Assembly (NCBI RefSeq): GCF_016125515.1
Contig: NZ_WGLO01000015.1
Coordinates: forward strand, 4,381 to 36,380
Direction of reading: 5' to 3'
Length of the DNA: 32,000 nt
DNA from: Hyphomonas sp.
Lineage (GTDB): Bacteria > Pseudomonadota > Alphaproteobacteria > Caulobacterales > Hyphomonadaceae
Below the pieces are notes generated by a model. It had not been told where the DNA came from. It made no database searches and saw nothing but the letters and a program-made list of their open reading frames with translations. A program made the position numbers and the translations under genes. Below, in pieces: positions 9,250-15,889 of this stretch. Positions within the stretch are counted from its first letter, which is position 1. Every line of letters begins with the position of its first letter.

Positions 9250-9358
9250 TCAGAACCGTCCCGATCGGGAATCTTCCTCGACCAGGGTGGGCGGCCTGGT
9301 GAAGTCTTCCCGTTCGGGAATGTGTCCTTGTCTCGGGTTGGCGATGCCGAAGGACATA

Positions 9359-10274
9359 TCAGTTGAGCAATGATTCGAGGCTTTCGCACTGCGCGGCGTG
9401 CTTTTCCGGGTTCGTGTCTCGCAGTTTCAGGATGTTTTGCAGCTTCCACTGGACGGCGGGCAGGTCCGCCGCGGATGGTAAATCGATGGCGTCGAAGTCC
9501 GGTTCGCCATTGACCAGTGTTCGCAGAAATCGTGCCGCATTGCCGTTCAGGCGCGACTGTACATCTGCAATGAGTGTGACCCGCACTTGCTCCAGTTCGG
9601 CGAGGCTGACCGCATCGACAGTCATGCCGGAGAACTCAGCCTCGAAGACGTTTGATAAGGGTGCGAGGTTCGGGTTCAGCAATTCATGCGGAGGTCTGCT
9701 GGAGCTCGCGACACAGACGAGGAAGGCCCGGAAGAGATCATCCGTAATGCCCTCATGCTCTTAGAGCAGCTTCACATCGAACAGGTCGCGCGGGTGCTGA
9801 CGGTCAAGCGCGGCATGGAGCTTGCCGGCATAGAGATCCTCGAACGCGACCAATCTTGTCTCCGCGAACCCGAATTCGTCCTCGACCGCAGGTGAGACGC
9901 GTTTGGTCTCGGGCTCGAACACAACGCCGCGTGTCACAGGGGAGGTTTCGACCTTCACGGATGCAGCGCCGCGCCGAAACAGGACGCGGGTGGCGCCGCC
10001 GCCACCGCCCGGGATCCGGGTCGCGGTCACGCCTCGCACTTTCGAGCCTGCCGCAGCGATACGGGTCATGGCGGCGTCGATGTCCGTAAGGGATTGCGCG
10101 CGTTCCCTGACCGGCAGGAAGGTCAGATCGACATCGACCGACAGGCGCGGAAGATCACGATAGAGCAGGTTGATCGCCGTGCCGCCTTTCAGGGCAGAAG
10201 TCTTCTTCTGCCGCCACGGCAGGCTGGATATCCACCAGCAGCCGGACCTGATCCACATATCGCTCACGTGCCAT
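9359..10274 (-). pseudogene. abiEii: AbiEii/AbiGii-family nucleotidyltransferase toxin (type IV TA), inactivated
   Basis: The family N-terminus MARERYVDQVRLLVDIQPAVAAEEDF starts at the ATG at 10274. It is one frame off from ALKGGTAINLLYRDLPRLSVDVDLTFLP; an extra base near 10195-10197 explains the shift. An in-frame TAA at 9761-9763 then splits the gene (...RDLFDVKLL*EHEGITDDLFRAFLV...). I verified codon by codon that the 168-aa and 107-aa track ORFs share one frame. Confidence 0.8.
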
Positions 10275-11061
10275 GGCGAGCCTCACTTTGCGGCATCAGC
10301 TCAGGCGGCACGGAGACCTTGTAGTGCGGATGAAACTGTCCTTTGTCAAAGAGGGCGCGGGGCCCCGAGCCGAGGTCGAACCGCTCCGGCGAGAGATGTC
10401 GCCGCCAGGCATGAGCATGCTTGTCGGCAAAAACGAAGAAGAGCCGCTTGACCTTGATGCTGGTGCAGGACGCCAGCAGCTTTTCCAGTCGGCGGGGGCG
10501 CGCGGACACGAGGCCTTCAAAGGCCGTATCGACGATATGAGCGCTCTCATGCTTCGGCAGCTCATCCAGCAATTCAAGGATGGCGCGTTCCGGCGTTGAA
10601 CACTTCAGCAGGCCAACGGGGGAGTCGACCTCCGTCGTTTCCTCATGGGCCTTCATGTCGAACAGTTTGGCGCTGTGCAGCCTGTAGCGGCCCGCCTCAT
10701 CCAGCCGCTTGAGCCAGGTCGGATGGGCTTCGCCATAAAGGTGGACGTCCTGATCGCCGCGCATCGGCAGATAATGGGCGAACCCTTGCAGCTCCAGTGC
10801 GGTCCGTCCGCCAACCACTGATGAATAGTTCATGATGTGCTGCAGCGAGCGCACCACGCGTTGCCAGTCTGCGCCGCCAGCGACAACCTGCGGCCGTCGA
10901 TAGAGGCCGCGCACCACCGGTTCGAGCCAGCCGCTGTCTATGTATTTGTGGGCGAGCATGCGCGTGATGCCATGACGCTCCAGCGTTGACGTATCGACCA
11001 GCTGACCTGGCAGGACGGTCTCCAGCAGCCATTTTAGCTTTGTCTCATTTTGTCGCCTCAT
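10264..11061 (-). CDS. abiEi: AbiEi-family antitoxin/transcriptional regulator (type IV TA)
   Basis: 265 aa from the ATG at 11061 (MRRQNETKLKWLLETVLPGQLVDTSTLERHGITRMLAHKYIDSGWLEPVVRGLYRRP). This is a winged-helix N-terminus typical of AbiEi. Its 3' end overlaps the ancestral abiEii start (ATGGCACGTGA). The 98-codon 5' extension in the track runs through AT-rich promoter DNA and was trimmed. Confidence 0.75.
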   Translation of the reverse strand: MRRQNETKLKWLLETVLPGQLVDTSTLERHGITRMLAHKYIDSGWLEPVVRGLYRRPQVVAGGADWQRVVRSLQHIMNYSSVVGGRTALELQGFAHYLPMRGDQDVHLYGEAHPTWLKRLDEAGRYRLHSAKLFDMKAHEETTEVDSPVGLLKCSTPERAILELLDELPKHESAHIVDTAFEGLVSARPRRLEKLLASCTSIKVKRLFFVFADKHAHAWRRHLSPERFDLGSGPRALFDKGQFHPHYKVSVPPELMPQSEARHGT

Positions 11062-11747
11062 AGGATACAAAATAGCCAATTTTCGAAATTTAGCAAGTGG
11101 AGAGTTTTGAAAATACGCAGACTGGTATACCCAAAGGGTACTAAAACCACCAAACTCGAAACGCGCCGGGTTAAGCGAACACGCCTGTACACACGCCAGC
11201 ACCCAGTGATCACCGTGAGCCGTACAAGGCTCTAAATTCTCGCAAGACGTCGCAAGAGCGTCGCCCCGCAAGGTCAACGGGAACCGATCTAAGTGTTTGT
11301 TGAAGAACACTTTTTTAGCGAAAACTTGCACAGCCTCGGTGGTTCTCGCAAACATGCGAAAGCCGAGCTCCCAAAGACCAAATCGCCGATCTTGCCGGTC
11401 ACGTGCCTGGCGCAGGGGTCACCGGTATCGACGGGCTCGATCACCGCGAACTCTGCCTCGACCGGCAGGTCCTTTCCGCCATCCTCGCCTTCCTCGGATA
11501 CACCTAGCCGGATCTTTTTTTGCCTGATCCTTACCGGAATCTGGCACGCAAACCCCGCTTCCGGCAGGTTTTGGCCCCAATTCCCCGAAATGTGCCGCCC
11601 CGGAACAGGTTTCCAAACGGGCCCCTAACGGGGGTGGCCAAACTCATCTTCCAAGGCAAGGCCGGGCTTAAACCGCCTCGTGTACGGTCCGCTCATACCC
11701 CTGCAGAAGCGGGGTGAAACGCTAAGGACCGTGAAGTGGTTTTTGAA

Positions 11748-12020
11748 ATGAACATGCAGAATGCACGCCCGATGAGTGTCAAAGGCCCGGACGGCCAGAA
11801 GCTCACCCTCGCCGACCTGCCGTCGCCCGGCATCTCCCGCTGGGTCACCCGCCGCAAGGCGGAAGTTGTGGCCGCCGTCCAGGGTGGTCTGTTGACCCGC
11901 GAAAGCGCCTGTGAACGCTACAATCTGACCGAAGAAGAGTTCGAAGGCTGGGAGCGGCTCTACGCCCGTCACGGCGCCAAAGGCCTGCGCACGACCCGCT
12001 TGCAGCAATACCGCCGTTAA
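11748..12020 (+). CDS. sciP: CtrA inhibitor SciP (DUF1153 HTH protein)
   Basis: The text ...LTLADLPSPGISRWVTRRKAEVVAAVQGGLLTRESACERYNLTEEEFEGWERLYARHGAKGLRTTRLQQYRR closely follows Caulobacter SciP. The start is ambiguous: GTG 11736, ATG 11748 or ATG 11754. Confidence 0.8.
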   Translation: MNMQNARPMSVKGPDGQKLTLADLPSPGISRWVTRRKAEVVAAVQGGLLTRESACERYNLTEEEFEGWERLYARHGAKGLRTTRLQQYRR

Positions 12021-12036
12021 CGCGGCGTTTGCCTTG

Positions 12037-12051
12037 TTAAACCTGCCTTAA
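12037..12051 (+). promoter_or_regulatory. CtrA box (TTAA-N7-TTAA) upstream of the fliF-like operon
   Basis: TTAAacctgccTTAA matches the consensus half-sites and spacing exactly. It lies 60 bp upstream of the fliF-like ATG. A GANTC (GAATC) site sits at 12074-12078. Confidence 0.6.
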
Positions 12052-12110
12052 GGCGGGCCTTCTAGCCTTCCGGGAATCTGCCGGCCAAACGGCCGGCCCC
12101 GGAGAGCACG

Positions 12111-12773
12111 ATGGCGCTTGGCAAGACTGCAGACACGGCTCAGGCGGGGCTGCTGCGCCCGCTGGCGCTGCTGGCCTGCGCGCTGGCGCTCGGCCTGCTG
12201 GCCTGGCGCGGCGCCGCCCTGCTGACCGGCCCGGGCGCACCGGTTGCGGCGACCCCCGCCGAAGCTGCGCTCGCCGACATCCTTACCCCGATCGCCGGCC
12301 CCGGCCTTGCGCGCATCAGCGTCGCCTACAATGCCGAAGGTGGCCGCACATTGCTCGTCCTGCTGGACGACGCGGCCGCGCCCCGCATTCCGGAGCTCCA
12401 GCGCATCGCCCCCATCGCCGCCGGCCTGATCCCGGAGCGCGGCGACAAGCTGGTCATCGAAACCGTTGCCTTTGCCGGCGGCCTGCCGGGCCGTCCAGAC
12501 ATGGCGGCCTGGATCGAACTTGCCGCACTGGCCGGCCTCGGCCTGATTGGCGGGGCACTCGCCGTGCTGGCGCGCACCCCGGCGCCGGTCGCCGCCGCGC
12601 CGTCCCAGATCCTTCCGGCCCAGCAGCCAGTGGAGCGTCCGCGTGAGGCGCTCCGGGCCCAGAGACCCGTCGCGGTGTCGACGGACGCCGCCGCGGACCT
12701 CGCGCGCCGCGATCCCGCCCGTGCGGCGGCCGTTGTGCGCGGCTGGATGACGGCCAAGGATGAAACCGCATGA
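12111..12773 (+). CDS. fliF: Miniature FliF-like M-ring protein (TM, single RBM-like domain, TM, FliG-binding tail)
   Basis: 220 aa. TM1 is about aa 15-37 and TM2 about aa 133-155. The periplasmic segment (EAALADILTPIAGPGLARISVAYNAEGGRTLLVLLDD...LQRIAPIAAGLIPERGDKLVIETVAF) resembles the YscJ/FliF ring-building motif (E-L-x-I-x-GV-x-ARVHL...). The C-terminus DLARRDPARAAAVVRGWM resembles the FliF tail that binds FliG-N. An ATGA overlap links it to fliG. Confidence 0.65.
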   Translation: MALGKTADTAQAGLLRPLALLACALALGLLAWRGAALLTGPGAPVAATPAEAALADILTPIAGPGLARISVAYNAEGGRTLLVLLDDAAAPRIPELQRIAPIAAGLIPERGDKLVIETVAFAGGLPGRPDMAAWIELAALAGLGLIGGALAVLARTPAPVAAAPSQILPAQQPVERPREALRAQRPVAVSTDAAADLARRDPARAAAVVRGWMTAKDETA

Positions 12774-13684
12774 GCGCGCTCACCCGCCCCCAGGACACTC
12801 TTGCCCCGGGCCTCGCCCGGTCGGCCCGGTTGATGCGCGCGCTGGGTCCGGACGCGGCCGCGATCTGGGCTGAGCTTGATCCGCAGGAAGCTGCCAGCCT
12901 CAGCGCGGCGATGGACCGTCTCGGCGACGACCCTGCCGGTGAGGCCGAAGCGCTGCGCCGCTTCACCGAAGCCCAGCGCAGCCCCGCCGCCTCGGGCGTG
13001 TGGGCAGACCTTTCAGCGCTCGACACAGCCTTGCTGTCCGGTCTCTTGCGCAACGAGCGCGCGCAGATCGTGGCGCTGGTCCTCTCCCGTCTTACCGGTG
13101 AAGCCGCCGCCCGGTTGCTGCGCGCCTTGCCGCCCACGCTGTCGATCGATGCCATGCAGCGCCTTCTGCATATCGGCGAGGTGCACCCCGCCGCGATGGC
13201 GAGCCTCGAGCAGCACCTGAAGGGCCGCGTCAAGGCGCTGGCCAGGGACGGTGCGCAGGTGGGCGCAGAACGTATCGCCAGGATCTTCGACCGGCTCGAT
13301 CCGCGTGCGGGCACGCTGTTCCTCAGCGCGCTCGAAAAGGCGGAGCCGGGCACGGGCGAGAAAGTCCGCTCCCTGATGTTCACCTTCGACGACCTCGCGA
13401 CGCTGGACGCTGGCGGCATGCAGACATTGCTGGCGGCCGCAGACCGGGCCGTCCTGATCACTGCGCTCAAGGGCGCAAAGGACACAACCGCGGCGGCCTT
13501 CTTCGCCAACGTTACCCAACGTTCCGGAGACCTCCTGCGCGAAGAGATCGCTGCGCTGGGCCCGCTGCGCCGCAGCGATATCGAAGCGGCCCGCACCGAA
13601 CTGGTGGAGCTTGCGCGCCTGCTGATCGGCCGCGGCGAGATCCGAGCGGGCAAGGCTAATGATCTTGACGAGCTGGTCGAATGA
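12770..13684 (+). CDS. fliG: Flagellar motor switch protein FliG
   Basis: 304 aa. Recognisable elements: N-domain (SARLMRALGPDAAAIWAELDPQEAASLSAAM), middle domain (LLRNERAQIVALVLSRLTGEAAARLLRALP), MFTFDDL, LITALKGA, and the charged torque helix (TQRSGDLLREEIAALGPLRRSDIEAAR). Confidence 0.85.
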   Translation: MSALTRPQDTLAPGLARSARLMRALGPDAAAIWAELDPQEAASLSAAMDRLGDDPAGEAEALRRFTEAQRSPAASGVWADLSALDTALLSGLLRNERAQIVALVLSRLTGEAAARLLRALPPTLSIDAMQRLLHIGEVHPAAMASLEQHLKGRVKALARDGAQVGAERIARIFDRLDPRAGTLFLSALEKAEPGTGEKVRSLMFTFDDLATLDAGGMQTLLAAADRAVLITALKGAKDTTAAAFFANVTQRSGDLLREEIAALGPLRRSDIEAARTELVELARLLIGRGEIRAGKANDLDELVE

Positions 13685-14085
13685 CGGCGCGCGCTGTGAA
13701 GTCCGTCACGCCGTTCGACTTCCGGGCCGATTTCGGGCCGCAGCCGGAAGAGGTAGCGGCCGAGGATCCGGCCCGCGTCAGTTTCACGGGCGAGGAGATT
13801 GCCGGCCTGATCGCGCAGGTGCGCGCTGAGACCCTCGCGGAGGTCGCCCGCGTCAAGGCCGAGACCGAGAGCGAACGCCTCGCCGCCGTGACCGCCGAGC
13901 TTGCCCAGGCGCTTGAAGAGATCGCTCAGGTGATGCGCCTGATTGAGTCCAGCCAGTTTCACGCTACAACCGAGGCGCGCCTGCGCAGCCTCATCGATGG
14001 CGCGGCTGCGCGGATCGTTCACGGGCAGGGCGACCTGTTTGCGGCGACCGGGCTGTCGCCCAAGCCGAAGGAAGACCGGACATGA
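13681..14085 (+). CDS. FlbE/FliH-like flagellar assembly protein (short coiled-coil)
   Basis: 134 aa with an Ala/Glu-rich coiled coil. It occupies the flbE position between fliG and fliN, as in the Caulobacter fliF operon. ATGA overlaps occur at both ends. The assignment rests on position and composition only. Confidence 0.5.
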   Translation: MTARAVKSVTPFDFRADFGPQPEEVAAEDPARVSFTGEEIAGLIAQVRAETLAEVARVKAETESERLAAVTAELAQALEEIAQVMRLIESSQFHATTEARLRSLIDGAAARIVHGQGDLFAATGLSPKPKEDRT

Positions 14086-14348
14086 CCGAACCAGGCAATC
14101 CCGCGCTCCACCGCATGTTGATGGACGTTCCGGTGCGCGTTGAAGTCGTGCTCGGCGAAGTGCGCCTGACGATGGAAGAACTGTCGGCGCTGACGCCCGG
14201 CGAAGTGCTCACGCTTGAGAAACAGACCGGTGAGCCGGTCGACATCTACGTGTCCGGCCGCCTGATCGCGCGCGGCAAGCTGGTGGTCGCCGATGGCGAA
14301 CTGGGCGTAACGCTGACCGAGATCGTGGACGCGCGCACGGTCAATTGA
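14082..14348 (+). CDS. fliN: Flagellar motor switch protein FliN (SpoA domain only)
   Basis: 88 aa. The text VPVRVEVVLGEVRLTMEELSALTPGEVLTLEKQTGEPVDIYVSGRLIARGKLVVADGELGVTLTEI is the canonical FliN/SpoA C-terminal domain. Confidence 0.85.
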   Translation: MTEPGNPALHRMLMDVPVRVEVVLGEVRLTMEELSALTPGEVLTLEKQTGEPVDIYVSGRLIARGKLVVADGELGVTLTEIVDARTVN

Positions 14349-14357
14349 AGCGCCCCT

Positions 14358-14390
14358 AAATTAGTTACATCTGGAACTAATTTTCCATTT
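14358..14390 (+). terminator. AT-rich hairpin plus T-tract after fliN (probable terminator; could double as an operator)
   Basis: AAATTAGTT (14358-14366) and AACTAATTT (14375-14383) form a perfect 9-bp inverted repeat with an 8-nt loop. TCCATTT follows. Confidence 0.5.
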
Positions 14391-14406
14391 GGCCTATACT
14401 GGCTGA

Positions 14407-15279
14407 ATGGACACAGGCTTTGCAAAGAATCGCTATCACGATGCGCCCCGCGCCGCCGATTTCACGATCGACCAGGCATGGGAGACCTACAGCGCGGCCG
14501 AACATGACCGTTGGGACCGGCTGTTCCGGCGCCAGCGCGAGGTGACCAAGGGCCGGGCCTGCCAGGCGGCGCTCGATGCGATGAACGCGCTGGAGCTGTC
14601 GCCTTCGGGTATTCCGCACATGGGCCGGTTGTCCGACCGGCTGGAAGTGATGACTGGCTGGCGGGTCGTGCCGGTGGCGGAACTCGTGCCGGACGACATT
14701 TTCTTCGACCACCTTGCCAATCGCCGGTTTCCGGCAGGCGCCTTCATCCGGCCGGAAGCGGAGTTCGATTACCTGCAGGAGCCGGACATCTTCCACGACA
14801 TCTTCGGTCATGTGCCGATGCTGGCGAACCCTGTCTTTGCGGACTTCATGGAGGCCTATGGCAAGGGCGGCCAGCGGGCGATGCGTCTCGGCCAGCTGCA
14901 CAACCTGGCGCGGCTCTACTGGTACACGGTTGAGTTCGGACTTATTCAGGAGGCGGACGGTCTGCGCATCTATGGTGCGGGCATCCTGTCGAGCCCGCAG
15001 GAAACCGTGTTCGCGCTGGAAGATGCGAGTCCCAACCGGATCGGATTTGATGTGCAGCGCCTGATGCGGACCAAATACATCATTGATGACTTCCAGCAGA
15101 CCTATTTCGTGATCGACAGTTTCGATGCGCTTCTGGAGGCCTGCTACCGCGACTTCGGGGATGTGTATGCCGAAGTGAAGGGCGCGTCCGACCTTGAGGC
15201 CCACGAGATCGCGCCGGAAGACCGCGTGATCACCCGCGGCACGCTCGATTATTTCAAGGCGGGCGGCCGTAAGGGCTGA
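14407..15279 (+). CDS. phhA: Phenylalanine 4-monooxygenase
   Basis: 290 aa. It has the aromatic amino acid hydroxylase core (PDIFHDIFGHVPMLANPVFADFMEAYGK, YWYTVEFGLI, IYGAGILSS). Confidence 0.9.
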   Translation: MDTGFAKNRYHDAPRAADFTIDQAWETYSAAEHDRWDRLFRRQREVTKGRACQAALDAMNALELSPSGIPHMGRLSDRLEVMTGWRVVPVAELVPDDIFFDHLANRRFPAGAFIRPEAEFDYLQEPDIFHDIFGHVPMLANPVFADFMEAYGKGGQRAMRLGQLHNLARLYWYTVEFGLIQEADGLRIYGAGILSSPQETVFALEDASPNRIGFDVQRLMRTKYIIDDFQQTYFVIDSFDALLEACYRDFGDVYAEVKGASDLEAHEIAPEDRVITRGTLDYFKAGGRKG

Positions 15280-15411
15280 AGCCTGCACGTGCGGCCGGAC
15301 GCAGCTTGCCTGATCGCGAAGTCTGCACTCAACGGCTCCAGGCCGGGCCCTGGCGTTGCGCTTGGGTACGGTGGTTGGGGCCTTAACCTGAGAGCATTAC
15401 GAGCCGATCTC

Positions 15412-15455
15412 ATACGCATTTGCGTATAAATAAATTCTATGCGCAAACGCGTATA
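15412..15455 (+). promoter_or_regulatory. Twin palindromic operators upstream of the hipB-like gene
   Basis: ATACGCAtttGCGTAT(A) lies at 15412-15428 and TATGCGCaaaCGCGTATA at 15438-15455. Both are versions of TAT-R-CGC-AAA-Y-GCG-TAT. The centres are about 27 bp apart, immediately upstream of the SD AAGGAGGA and the GTG at 15469. Confidence 0.55.
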
Positions 15456-15468
15456 AGGAGGATAGCCT

Positions 15469-15714
15469 GTGGCTGATCTGGTTCGAAGCCCGCGGATGGC
15501 GGGCGATCTGGTGCGCAAGGCACGCCTCGGCGCTGGCTGGACACAGGCCGAGCTCGCGGCTCGCATGCGGGTACGTCAAGCGACAGTGTCCAAACTGGAG
15601 GCAGGAGCGCCGGCGACCCGTATGGAAGTGTTCTTTGACGCCATGACGGCGCTCGGCCTCGACCTTGTCGCCAACAAGCGCGGCGGTAGGGCGGACTTTG
15701 TAAAACTCATCTGA
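15469..15714 (+). CDS. hipB: XRE-family HTH protein, HipB-like antitoxin
   Basis: 81 aa with an HTH (LVRKARLGAGWTQAELAARMRVRQATVSKLEAG). The stop overlaps an ATG (TGATG) that opens a hipA-like reading frame. Confidence 0.7.
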   Translation: MADLVRSPRMAGDLVRKARLGAGWTQAELAARMRVRQATVSKLEAGAPATRMEVFFDAMTALGLDLVANKRGGRADFVKLI

Positions 15715-15885
15715 TGGCGCGCCGGAGCCGGACGCGCAGCGGCTGAGCGTCTATCTCAATGTCCTTTTCGTCGGGCGGTTTGAAGAGGCCGGCACGGGGG
15801 CGGTCTCCTTTGGCTGTGATGCGGGATGGATCGACTGGGCCGGCGCGATGCCGGTCTCGATCTCGATGCCGCTCGGGGCGCAGGC
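15714..15885 (+). pseudogene. hipA: hipA N-terminal remnant (frameshifted and 3'-truncated)
   Basis: The ATG at 15714 gives MARRSRTRSG then a stop. The +2 frame from about 15737 reads QRLSVYLNVLFVGRFEEAGTGAVSFGCDAGWIDWAGAMPVSISMPLGAQAR. This matches the HipA N-terminal coupling domain pattern (L-V-x-LNG-x-VG ... F-x-Y ... W ... P-x-S-x-S-x-PL). The similarity ends where the convergent marR gene begins, and no kinase core is present. Confidence 0.65.
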
Positions 15886-15889
15886 GCGG

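Noticed and set aside
9255-9325. Two copies of CCCG(A/T)TCGGGAAT about 51 bp apart between the hydrolase pseudogene and abiEii
   Set aside because: Each is only a 5-6 bp self-complementary core with a 2-nt loop. That is too weak for a terminator and too short to call a repeat family from one window.
11542-11558. TGGCACG...CCGC resembling a sigma-54 -24/-12 promoter upstream of sciP
   Set aside because: The -24 TGGCAC is perfect. However, the GC of the -12 element is not at the required spacing: positions 12-15 read CCCC instead of TTGC.
11289-11624. Stop-free frame of about 112 codons on the - strand (…PVEAEFAVIEPVDTGDPCARHVTGKIGDLVF…)
   Set aside because: It has no ATG, GTG or TTG start near its 5' end and no SD, and I recognise no family. 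It may be a gene relic, but I cannot support it as a feature.
12150-12185. Possible lipobox (LLAC) in the mini-FliF N-terminus, which would make it YscJ-like lipoprotein
   Set aside because: The hydrophobic stretch continues well past the Cys (ALALGLLAW), and the region before it is too short for a signal-peptide h-region. A plain TM helix is the simpler reading.
12454-14022. 522-aa ORF on the - strand, the longest ORF in this part of the window
   Set aside because: It runs antisense to the fliF-like, fliG and flbE-like genes. Its composition is Arg/Ala/Ser/Pro-rich and low-complexity, typical of shadow frames in high-GC DNA. The + strand genes have recognisable family motifs and ATGA coupling.
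14377-15288. 303-aa - strand ORF
   Set aside because: It is an exact antisense shadow of phhA, which carries unmistakable aromatic amino acid hydroxylase motifs.
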